Positions 37,956 through 49,155 of a stretch of DNA of 64,000 bases are shown piece after piece. Source of the DNA: Candidatus Omnitrophota bacterium (GTDB taxonomy: Bacteria; Omnitrophota; Gorgyraeia; Gygaellales; JAQTUX01); NCBI GenBank assembly GCA_028707125.1, contig JAQTUX010000001.1, positions 725,764 to 789,763 of the forward strand, in the 5' to 3' direction. Below the pieces are notes generated by a model, which ran no database searches, had not been told where the DNA came from, and saw only the letters and a list, made by a program, of their open reading frames with translations. Position 1 is the stretch's first letter. The number at the start of each line of letters is the position of its first letter. The translations under genes were made by a program, and so were the position numbers.

Positions 37956-37967
37956 AAGAGGGGAAAA

Positions 37968-39554
37968 ATGATTAAAATACTGGTCAGCGACCCTTTATCC
38001 GAAGAGGGTTTGAAGATCTTGAGGGATGTTAAAGAATTCAAGGTCGAAGTAAAGTGTGAACTTAAGAAAGAGGAATTGCTCAAGATCATAAAGGACTACC
38101 ATGCCTTGATAGTGAGGAGCGCCACTAAAGTCACGGCGGATGTTATTAAGGAGGCGTCAAACCTTAAAGTCATAGGCAGGGCAGGCGTGGGCCTGGATAA
38201 CGTGGACCTGGAAGCGGCCACGAGCAAGGGCATTATCGTCATGAATACGCCGGGCGGCAATACCATTTCCACCGCCGAGCACACAGTGAGTATGATGCTC
38301 GCGCTTTCCAGGAACATACCACGCGCCAATACCTCAATGAAAGCGGGCGAATGGAAGCGCTCCAAATTCATGGGCAGCGAACTCTATGGGAAGACCTTAG
38401 GCGTAGTGGGGCTGGGCAGGATCGGTTCGGAAGTCGCAAAGCGCGCGGCGTCCTTCGGCATGAAGATAATAGCTTATGACCCGTTCCTTACGCAGAAGGT
38501 CGCCGAACAGATAGGCGTTAAGGTGGTCGAGCTTAAGGAAGTCATCAAGTCCGCCGATTACATAACCGTGCATACGCCGCTTACCGACGATACCAGGCAC
38601 ATGCTTTCTGATAAAGAGTTCGCGATGATGAAGAAGGGCGTTAAGGTCATAAATTGCGCCAGGGGAGGCATAATTGATGAGGCGGCCCTGGCAAAGGCGA
38701 TCAAGGAAGGGAAAGTGGCGGGGGCTGCCATAGACGTATTCGAAAAGGAGCCGCCGGAGGCGTCAAACGAGCTCCTGAGGTTAGACGCGGTTGTGGCAAC
38801 GCCTCATTTAGGCGCTTCCACCGAAGAGGCGCAGGTCAATGTCGCCATTGAGGTGGCAGAAGTTGTGCGCGACGCCCTTCTTGGCAAAGGCATAAGGAAT
38901 GCCGCCAACTATCCCTGTATTGACGAGCAGGCCTGTAAGATCCTTGATCCCTACATCGGCCTTTCGGAAAAGATCGGGCTTCTTGCCGGCCAGTTGATCG
39001 AGGGCCGGCTCGTGGAAGTGAATATAATTTACAGCGGCGAAATAGTGCAGCTTGACTCCACGGGGCTGACCCTGGCCTTAATGAAAGGCGTATTAACCCC
39101 TATGCTGCAGGATACGGTAAATTTTATAAACGCCTTGAGCCTGTCCAGAGAAAGGGGCATTAAGGTCAGCGAATCAAAGATCTCAAAAGAGAGCGAGTTC
39201 GTTAACTTTATTTCGGTTGATATCAAGACAGACAAGCAGGTATGCAGGATCGCCGGCACCTTATCCGCCAACAGGCAGCCGCGTATCGTAAAGATAAATG
39301 AGTTTTACGTGGAGATCATTCCCGCGGGGCACCTGCTGGTCATAAATAACTGGGATAGGCCCGGCATAATCGGCAACCTGGGTACGCTTCTGGGCGAGCA
39401 CAAGATAAATATAGCCGGGATGTCCTTCGGCAGGGTCAAGCAGGGAGGAGAGGCCATAACCGTGCTGAATGTTGACAGCGCCCTCCCCCAAAATGTCCTG
39501 GAGAAGATCAGAAAGGCAAAGAACATCCTTTCCGTGAAGACCATCAAATTATAG
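37968..39554 (+). CDS. serA: D-3-phosphoglycerate dehydrogenase with C-terminal ACT domain
   Basis: The NAD-binding GVVGLGRIGSEVAKRA, the catalytic R/E/H region and a C-terminal ACT domain are present; 528 aa. Confidence 0.9.
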   Translation: MIKILVSDPLSEEGLKILRDVKEFKVEVKCELKKEELLKIIKDYHALIVRSATKVTADVIKEASNLKVIGRAGVGLDNVDLEAATSKGIIVMNTPGGNTISTAEHTVSMMLALSRNIPRANTSMKAGEWKRSKFMGSELYGKTLGVVGLGRIGSEVAKRAASFGMKIIAYDPFLTQKVAEQIGVKVVELKEVIKSADYITVHTPLTDDTRHMLSDKEFAMMKKGVKVINCARGGIIDEAALAKAIKEGKVAGAAIDVFEKEPPEASNELLRLDAVVATPHLGASTEEAQVNVAIEVAEVVRDALLGKGIRNAANYPCIDEQACKILDPYIGLSEKIGLLAGQLIEGRLVEVNIIYSGEIVQLDSTGLTLALMKGVLTPMLQDTVNFINALSLSRERGIKVSESKISKESEFVNFISVDIKTDKQVCRIAGTLSANRQPRIVKINEFYVEIIPAGHLLVINNWDRPGIIGNLGTLLGEHKINIAGMSFGRVKQGGEAITVLNVDSALPQNVLEKIRKAKNILSVKTIKL

Positions 39555-39562
39555 GGGAAGAG

Positions 39563-40717
39563 TTGAGAAAAAATATTCCAGTTATTGCCCTTTTGTTTTT
39601 TATATGGTGCGGGTATGCAAGCGCTCAGCCGGTGATGGAAGTTGAGCCGAAAGAATTTTCGCTCGGCGATCTGCGGGAAGGGAAGGTGTCCAGGCATGAA
39701 TTGGCAATAAGGAACGCCGGCGACGAAGAGCTGCGCATAAACCCGATCAATGTAAGCTGCAGCTGCGTGCAGATAGTGGAACCGAAGTCATCGTTTGTTC
39801 TGCCTCCCAAACAGGAAGGCAAAGTGGTGTTTACCTTTGATACTACAGGTTTTAGAGGCGAGCAGAAGAAATATTTATTTCTCAGTTCCAACGACCCGCA
39901 AAGGCAGAATGTGAGGATGCGAATAACGGCGAATATCAAAGATTCGCCTCAAAGTTTTCTGGAGCGCTTCAAAAGCTTCACCTTCAGCGCCATTCTGGTT
40001 GCCGGCCTGGCAGACGGATTTAATCCTTGCGCCTTTACCGTGCTCGTATTTTTTGTTTCTTTTCTGGCGTTTGTGGGCTACAGGAAAAGAGAGATGGTTG
40101 CCGTAGGCGCGATGTTCATACTGGCAGTTTTTCTTACTTATCTCTTGATCGGCCTGGGCCTGTTCAAGGTCTTCATGCAGGCAGAGGTATTCGGGCTGTT
40201 TTCAAAAGTCATTTATATATTGACGGGGGCCATAGCCATAGTGCTGGCTGCCTTCAGTTTCTACGACGCGTATATCTTTAAGAAGACGAAGGACCCGGAG
40301 AGGATGAAGCTAAAACTCCCCGGCCTGATAAAAAAACAGATCCACGGGGTCATAAGGGGGGGCACGGACATACGTGATGACAGCCCCTCGTGCTTCAGGT
40401 TTTTAAAATTCCTCATACCGGCTTTTGTAAGCGGATTTTTAGTGACACTGCTTGAATCCGTCTGCACGGGCCAGTTGTATGTCCCGACCATCGCGTATAT
40501 CTTCGGCATGCCGGAACTTAAGGCAAGGGCGCTGGCATACCTGTTGCTTTATAACCTTATGTTCATCCTGCCGTTGGTCGGTATATTTATTTTCGGGGTG
40601 GCAGGCGTCACTTCTTCCGATTTTGCCAAATTCGCACGCAGGCATATCTTTCTGGTCAAGGTGGTTACCGCTTTGGTATTTTTATTGTTAGGTTCGGTAC
40701 TTCTAATTGTGAGGTAA
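39563..40717 (+). CDS. Secreted DUF1573 (Ig-like) domain fused to a DsbD/CcdA-family transmembrane thiol-disulfide transporter domain (TTG start)
   Basis: A signal peptide is followed by LAIRNAGDEELRINPINVSCSCVQIV (DUF1573-like). The TM domain carries Cys-containing helices (GFNPCAFTVLVFF; LESVCTGQ), as in the DsbD beta-domain/CcdA. Confidence 0.55.
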   Translation: MRKNIPVIALLFFIWCGYASAQPVMEVEPKEFSLGDLREGKVSRHELAIRNAGDEELRINPINVSCSCVQIVEPKSSFVLPPKQEGKVVFTFDTTGFRGEQKKYLFLSSNDPQRQNVRMRITANIKDSPQSFLERFKSFTFSAILVAGLADGFNPCAFTVLVFFVSFLAFVGYRKREMVAVGAMFILAVFLTYLLIGLGLFKVFMQAEVFGLFSKVIYILTGAIAIVLAAFSFYDAYIFKKTKDPERMKLKLPGLIKKQIHGVIRGGTDIRDDSPSCFRFLKFLIPAFVSGFLVTLLESVCTGQLYVPTIAYIFGMPELKARALAYLLLYNLMFILPLVGIFIFGVAGVTSSDFAKFARRHIFLVKVVTALVFLLLGSVLLIVR

Positions 40718-40720
40718 GAG

Positions 40721-42472
40721 ATGGGCGTAAGATTCAAGATTTTGACGATATCTTTAGGCCTGATATTGTTTTTGTCCTGCGTTAAGGCGCGCGCGGCGCA
40801 GGTACAGATAGTATTTACCGGCGAGGCGCATTCGGCGTTATACCCTTGCGACTGCCCCAAAGAGCCGGACGGCGGAGTTGCCAGGCGCGCCGGCGCCATA
40901 AAAGAACTAAGAAAGAAGGCGGGCGGCGTTATTCTTCTTGAGACAGGGGGGTTCTTTGCCGGAGGTATGCAGGACACATATTCTCAGAACGTTGACTTCG
41001 ACAAGAACAGGACACAGGTTTATCTCAGGTCGCTTGAGCTTATGGGCTATGATGCCGTAGGCATAGGAGACGACGAATTCAATTTCGGCCCCGATTTCTT
41101 AAAAGAGGTTGTTCAGAAAAGCGGCCTGAGATTTCTTTCGGCGAATGTGGGCATAGAAAAGATAGCGCCTTACACGATCAAGGAAATAGAGGGTATGCGT
41201 TTCGGCATAATAGGGGTAACTACAATGTCCGCGAGGCAGAAGGCGGGTATTGTGGGCATAAAGGATGCCTTTAGTTCAGTCAAGCAATACGCGGCAGAGC
41301 TCAAGGCTCAGGGCGCGGACTTCATAATACTTCTTAGCCATATGGGAGAAGAGGAAGACGTGAGGCTGCTGGATGAGGTTTCCGGCATAGACATAGTCGT
41401 CGTTTCTCATTCGAGGGTTTCCAATGAGATCTACTCAAAGAGAGGCGAGGTTATTCTGGTGAGGCCGGCCTGGCAGGGGCGCCGTCTTGGAATATTAAAG
41501 CTGGAGATAAAGGATAAGAAAATCATTGATTCCAAGGCAGAGGACATGCGCCTTTCCGACCAGGTCCCCGACGATCCGGACGCCCTTTCCATATTACCCC
41601 AATGTTTTCAGGATTCGGACTGTAAAAAGGGCCAGCTTAAGGGCGCCTGCGGCAATCCCGGGACTAAAGATGCAAGCTGCAGTTTCAGCCGGCCCCTGGA
41701 GGTAAAACTGACGGTTATTAACTCTAAGCAGTGCCTGGTCTGCAATACGGAGCAGACGATCGGATTGCTCAAGTCATTACTGCCCGGCCTTGATGTGAAA
41801 TACCTTGATCATAACAGCAGGGCTGCCAGGAAGATCATTTCAGAAGTTAGCGCCGATACCTTGCCCGTGTATCTTTTGGATAAGGGCGTGAAAAAGGCGG
41901 CCAGATACGGCGAGTTGAAGCCCAATCTCACGGAGAAAAAGGATTTTATCATGGTCAATCCTCAGTTTGCGGGCGTAGGTTATTTTATGAACAGAGAGAG
42001 GATCAAACCGAGATTAGACGTATTTTTGACCCTCTATGATAAGAATACCCCGAAAGTACTGGACGCGGTAAGGAAATTTAACGCGCGGGTGCATTTTCTG
42101 GCAACACAAACTCCTGCCGGTGATTTCAGCGCTCCGGGCGGCCTTGCCGAGATAGAAGAGGATTTGAGGTCTGCCTGTGTCATGAATTTGTACCCGGATA
42201 AGGCCTACGACTACCTGCGCTGCCGTTCAGCCAATATCGCCAGCTCCTGGTGGGATGACTGCGCCCGGGATATGGATCTGGAAAAGATAAGATCGTGCGC
42301 CAAGTCGGAAGACGGCAGGAAGATGTTGAAGGAAAACGTCGCTCTGAATAAGGAGCTGCAATTGATGCACGGGCCCACGTACCTCATAAATAACGTAGAG
42401 ATCGCCTCTTCCGTTGAGGCGCCTCAGCCGGCTGAGTTGAAGCGGCTTATTGAAGAAAAAAATGGGAGATAG
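40721..42472 (+). CDS. Secreted two-domain protein: degenerate 5'-nucleotidase/metallophosphatase-like N-domain + Cys-rich linker + DsbA-like thioredoxin-fold domain (CLVC active site)
   Basis: The N-terminal layout (I.FTGEAHS...GGVILLETGG...GYDAVGIGDDEF...LSAN) parallels UshA-type 5'-nucleotidases but with metal ligands replaced. The C-terminal half has SKQCLVCN (CxxC) and a cis-Pro-like HGPTYLINN. Confidence 0.5.
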   Translation: MGVRFKILTISLGLILFLSCVKARAAQVQIVFTGEAHSALYPCDCPKEPDGGVARRAGAIKELRKKAGGVILLETGGFFAGGMQDTYSQNVDFDKNRTQVYLRSLELMGYDAVGIGDDEFNFGPDFLKEVVQKSGLRFLSANVGIEKIAPYTIKEIEGMRFGIIGVTTMSARQKAGIVGIKDAFSSVKQYAAELKAQGADFIILLSHMGEEEDVRLLDEVSGIDIVVVSHSRVSNEIYSKRGEVILVRPAWQGRRLGILKLEIKDKKIIDSKAEDMRLSDQVPDDPDALSILPQCFQDSDCKKGQLKGACGNPGTKDASCSFSRPLEVKLTVINSKQCLVCNTEQTIGLLKSLLPGLDVKYLDHNSRAARKIISEVSADTLPVYLLDKGVKKAARYGELKPNLTEKKDFIMVNPQFAGVGYFMNRERIKPRLDVFLTLYDKNTPKVLDAVRKFNARVHFLATQTPAGDFSAPGGLAEIEEDLRSACVMNLYPDKAYDYLRCRSANIASSWWDDCARDMDLEKIRSCAKSEDGRKMLKENVALNKELQLMHGPTYLINNVEIASSVEAPQPAELKRLIEEKNGR

Positions 42473-42475
42473 ACA

Positions 42476-45000
<2,525 letters not shown>

Positions 45001-45015
45001 TTAGATTATTTTATC

Positions 45016-48000
45016 ATGAGTAAGTCGCTCTGCATGAAATCCCGCCACCTAATAATTATAGGTATATCACTCTTTTTGAATGCGAGTTATGTTTGTTATG
45101 CTAGAAATGACGAAAGCCAAGATTTGAAATTATTTCAATCAGCCCTGCATGACCAAAAAGACCTTAAATGGCAGGAAGGCCTCGCTAAATTCCGGCAGAT
45201 TGCAGCATTCTATCCACAGACTCAAACCGCTCAAAAAGCCCATATTGAAATCGGGAAATTCTATAAATACAATCGTAACTGGCAAAGGGCCATTGACGAA
45301 TACCGTCAGGCCATAGCCATTGATCCTTATTCCCGCCCGGCCCACGATGCCAGGACTGCCGAAGCCGCGACATATTATTTTCGTCAAGATTTCCCACGGG
45401 CCCTGGAGCTCTTTGAAGCAGTGCTTTTAGAAACGAAGGATTGGGACCAGATAAAATACTGTTCATACTGGATAAAGGAAATAAGGCGTAGAATGTCTTT
45501 TGCGCCTGAGGAGTCGTTTTCTTGCGGCCCTGAGAGCCTGAAGATTGCGTTCAGGATTTTAGGGATTGATTTTTCCGATAAGGAATTGAGCAGGGCATTT
45601 ACTTATAAAGAGGGCAAATCTGTTTCAATCTCTGATCTATCCAGTGTTGCCTCAGGAAAAGGGCTTAAGCCCAAAATAGTAAAAATAAACAGGAATGAAG
45701 TCCAAAATTTGACCGCGCCTTTTATCGCGCTTGTTGATCCGGAGCATTATGTGGTAGTTACCGGAATTGAAGATTCTCAGGTAAAATTCATTGATCCGGC
45801 TAATCAGAGCGGCTATCAATTAGAAGGCCTTGATAAATTCATCGGCGATTTTAAGGGCTATGCCCTGATTTTCTTGGAAGACTCCAGGCTTGCCAAGGCT
45901 AATTACGTAGTCCCTACTAATGAAGAAGCGCAAGAACTGAAGGGCGGAATATGTTCCTGTTGTCCTCCCGCGGCATTAGGCGGCCGGCAGAGCAATCCAA
46001 ATGTAGAGTTTGACGGCAGCCCACCCTGTTCTCCGGGTATGCCTTCCTGGATGGTTAATATGATAAGCCTCAATCTTGTTGTCCAAGATATAGATTTTAG
46101 ATACATCTCCAGAGGGGTGCCTGCGGAGCTCATCCGCACATATAACGGCGATGATCCGCGCGAAGGGATATTCGGCCGCTCCTGGACATTTAACTATAAT
46201 GTTTCTTTGGTAGAAAACTCTGATAGTAGTATAGACATACGAAGAGGAGACGGCAGGGTGGACCATTTCACCTGGACCGGTGTCCGCTATCAGGGGCCAA
46301 ATGATGTTTATGATACGCTGGCTAAGAATGCCGATGGGACATATACGTTAAAGATTAAGAGAGATAAAACCATACAGGATTTTGATGCCTGGGGCCGGCT
46401 CATTGATATTAAGGACCGTAACGATAACGCTATAACATTTACCTATAATAGCGAAGCCAATCTTATTCGTATTACCGACCCTAATGGCAAGAACACGGTT
46501 CTATCTTACGGTGCGAATAGGAAAGTTTCTCGTATAACCCTGCCTGATGGACGATATGCAAGATTTATTTATGATACCAATAACAATTTGATTCAAACTG
46601 TGGATATGAAGGGCGCTACTTCAAGCTATACCTATGATAGCGCCAGTTACATTACCGCTATAACCACACCGCATCGCGGTATGACCGCTATTGAGTATGG
46701 AGTAGGCAGTTATGGTGAGGACCCAAGCGGTAGATCGCACTATTATGTTAAATCCATCACCGATGATGCAGGGAATAAGAGGAGATATGCAATCGATGAA
46801 TGGCATCATCAGACAGGCGTCCTGGATAGCCGTAATAATACAATGCTATATGAAGATAATCTTTCGGGATATACAAGCGCCATAACGACGCCCTCCGGGA
46901 ATAAAATAACTTTTATATATGACTATTACGGTAACCGGGAGAAAATTATAGATGCTTCCGGCAATGTAACCGTTTTGGCCTATGATTCAAGGGGCAATAC
47001 TATTTCTATAACCGATACCCTGAATAATAAACTTACCCTTGACTACGATACCAATGATAATCTTATCCAAGCCGCCGATCCCAAAGGAGGTATCTATAAT
47101 TTTAATTATGACGGCAAGGGCAACCTTATTTCTGTCAGGGATCCGGAGAATCAGATAACAGGTTTTGCCTATAATAATTTTGGGCAGATAAATCGTATTG
47201 TTGATGCAAACGGGGGAACAACGGACTTTGAATATGATACGTCAGGTAATCTTATTAACGTTACCAACCCTTCAGGCAGGAAGACCGTTTATAAATATGA
47301 TACATTAGGCAGAGTCAGGTCCTTATCTGACCCTGAAGGCAATACCTTTTCCTATACTTATGATGGAGTTGACCATTTGACCAGGATAGACAATCCCGAT
47401 GAGGACCCGATAAAGTATTTCTACAACTGCTGTAACATTACCAGGGTTAGGGATGGACAAGGGACAATGCGTTTTACCTATGACGCCTTAGGCAGGATGA
47501 GGTCATTCAGGAACTATGATTCTAAACTCATCGCCTACGAATATGATACAGAGGGTAACCTGTCCGGCTTGATTTATCCGGATGGAAAAAAGGTCTCCTA
47601 TGAATATGATAAAGACAGCCGTTTAATTAAGGTCACGGACTGGCTGGGTAACGCAACACGATATAATTACGATGCGGTAGGCAACCTCATCTCCGTTGTT
47701 TCTCCGGGTTTAATCACAACCTATAAATATGATTCTGTAAATCGGCTGATTAGGTTAGCGAATTATAACTCCAACACATTGGATATTGTTTCTATTTTTA
47801 ATTTTACCCTTGACCCGCTTGGCAACCGCACCCAGGTTAAGCGCCTTCTTCCATTAAATATCCCTGATTTTAACATAGCCGATTCTAGTTACTCCTATAA
47901 CAGCGATAACCAGCTCACCTCTGCCACAGGCAGGAGCTTTGAATATGATGACAATGGTAATCTCACCAGGCAGATTGCCGGCGCTGCAACCACGAATTTC

Positions 48001-48852
48001 ACCTACAACCACGACAACCAGCTCACCCAATATACCTCTGGTTCAACTAATCTATCATATCGCTATGACTCTTTTGGCAACCGCATCCGTAAAACGCAGG
48101 GCTCGCAGGTAACCAAATACATCGTTGACCCCAATCGTTCCCTTCCCAGCGTGCTTTGCGAGACCGATGCCAAGGGAAACATCAGCGCCTACTACATCTA
48201 TGGCCTTGGCCTTATCTCTAAAATCATCGGAAATAACTCCTACTTCTACCAGTATGACGGCCTTGGCTCAACTATAGCCCTCAGCGACTCAGCCGGCGCC
48301 ATCAAGAACAAATACGCCTACGATGACTTCGGCAACCTTGCTACTAACTCCACAGAGACCATTGACAATCCCTTCAAGTATGTGGGCAGATTTGGCGTGA
48401 TGACGGATACGCCAGATCTCTTGTATATGAAGGCGAGGTATTATATGCCCAGCGTGGGCAGGTTTATCAGCAAGGATCCGATTGGGTTAGCGGGTGGGAT
48501 GAATATGTATGGGTATGTGGGTGGGAATCCGATAAATCTAATAGATCCATGGGGACTGAGACGCTGGGGGCCTCGGTGGATTGAAATATTTGTTCCCGGA
48601 TATGGATTTTATGGAGGTCCTTTTAGGACTGATCCTAATTTTCAGGTAATCCCCGAAGATACCATGGATGAGTTATTTATGGAGCACGATAGAGGTTGGG
48701 CAAGCGATCAATGTAGCATTTCTAACAAGGGTCTATATTATGATCTTAAAAGTTTGCCACTTAATCCAAATAGGTGGAAGAGAAAGTCTAAGAGTATTGT
48801 ATGGGCTGTAATATATAGCATGGGGGCTACGGCTTATTTCTTTTGGTTTTAG
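45016..48852 (+). CDS. Secreted RHS/YD-repeat polymorphic toxin: signal peptide + TPR-like region + peptidase C39-like domain + YD repeats + RHS core (DPxGL) + 97-aa C-terminal variable domain of unknown type
   Basis: A C39-like domain spans about 45493-45885 (Cys in SFSCGPESL, His in EHYVVVTG). Many YD repeats (YTYDSAS, YEYDTEGNL, YKYDSVNRL...) lead to the RHS core ...ARYYMPSVGRFISKDPIGLAGGMNMYGYVGGNPINLIDPWGL. The CT domain starts at 48559 (RRWGPRW...HDRGW...) and ends in a hydrophobic helix. Confidence 0.85.
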   Translation: MSKSLCMKSRHLIIIGISLFLNASYVCYARNDESQDLKLFQSALHDQKDLKWQEGLAKFRQIAAFYPQTQTAQKAHIEIGKFYKYNRNWQRAIDEYRQAIAIDPYSRPAHDARTAEAATYYFRQDFPRALELFEAVLLETKDWDQIKYCSYWIKEIRRRMSFAPEESFSCGPESLKIAFRILGIDFSDKELSRAFTYKEGKSVSISDLSSVASGKGLKPKIVKINRNEVQNLTAPFIALVDPEHYVVVTGIEDSQVKFIDPANQSGYQLEGLDKFIGDFKGYALIFLEDSRLAKANYVVPTNEEAQELKGGICSCCPPAALGGRQSNPNVEFDGSPPCSPGMPSWMVNMISLNLVVQDIDFRYISRGVPAELIRTYNGDDPREGIFGRSWTFNYNVSLVENSDSSIDIRRGDGRVDHFTWTGVRYQGPNDVYDTLAKNADGTYTLKIKRDKTIQDFDAWGRLIDIKDRNDNAITFTYNSEANLIRITDPNGKNTVLSYGANRKVSRITLPDGRYARFIYDTNNNLIQTVDMKGATSSYTYDSASYITAITTPHRGMTAIEYGVGSYGEDPSGRSHYYVKSITDDAGNKRRYAIDEWHHQTGVLDSRNNTMLYEDNLSGYTSAITTPSGNKITFIYDYYGNREKIIDASGNVTVLAYDSRGNTISITDTLNNKLTLDYDTNDNLIQAADPKGGIYNFNYDGKGNLISVRDPENQITGFAYNNFGQINRIVDANGGTTDFEYDTSGNLINVTNPSGRKTVYKYDTLGRVRSLSDPEGNTFSYTYDGVDHLTRIDNPDEDPIKYFYNCCNITRVRDGQGTMRFTYDALGRMRSFRNYDSKLIAYEYDTEGNLSGLIYPDGKKVSYEYDKDSRLIKVTDWLGNATRYNYDAVGNLISVVSPGLITTYKYDSVNRLIRLANYNSNTLDIVSIFNFTLDPLGNRTQVKRLLPLNIPDFNIADSSYSYNSDNQLTSATGRSFEYDDNGNLTRQIAGAATTNFTYNHDNQLTQYTSGSTNLSYRYDSFGNRIRKTQGSQVTKYIVDPNRSLPSVLCETDAKGNISAYYIYGLGLISKIIGNNSYFYQYDGLGSTIALSDSAGAIKNKYAYDDFGNLATNSTETIDNPFKYVGRFGVMTDTPDLLYMKARYYMPSVGRFISKDPIGLAGGMNMYGYVGGNPINLIDPWGLRRWGPRWIEIFVPGYGFYGGPFRTDPNFQVIPEDTMDELFMEHDRGWASDQCSISNKGLYYDLKSLPLNPNRWKRKSKSIVWAVIYSMGATAYFFWF

Positions 48853-48905
48853 GAACTAAAATAGTTCTTCAATAGAGTAAACTAATTTTATCTGAGGGAG
48901 TTAAA

Positions 48906-49136
48906 ATGATTAAAAAAAGGAAAATTGAAATAACGGTTACAGTAACATTTTTAACAGCCTTAGGTTTAATCTTTTTTTATGGATTCAAATATTTTGCAGG
49001 ATTCAAATATGCTTCACTACTTGATCAACAAATCATTTCTATCTTAGGAATAATTTTTGTTTTATGTTTGTTATATTTTGTTTATAGGTTTTTAGAGTGG
49101 TTTATTAGAAGAATAAAATCTTTATTTAACAGATGA
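48906..49136 (+). CDS. Small two-TM membrane protein; candidate cognate immunity protein for the RHS C-terminal toxin
   Basis: A 76-aa AT-rich ORF immediately 3' of the RHS gene, with two hydrophobic helices. The call rests on position, not homology. Confidence 0.4.
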   Translation: MIKKRKIEITVTVTFLTALGLIFFYGFKYFAGFKYASLLDQQIISILGIIFVLCLLYFVYRFLEWFIRRIKSLFNR

Positions 49137-49155
49137 CAAGGACCGGGATAGAAAT

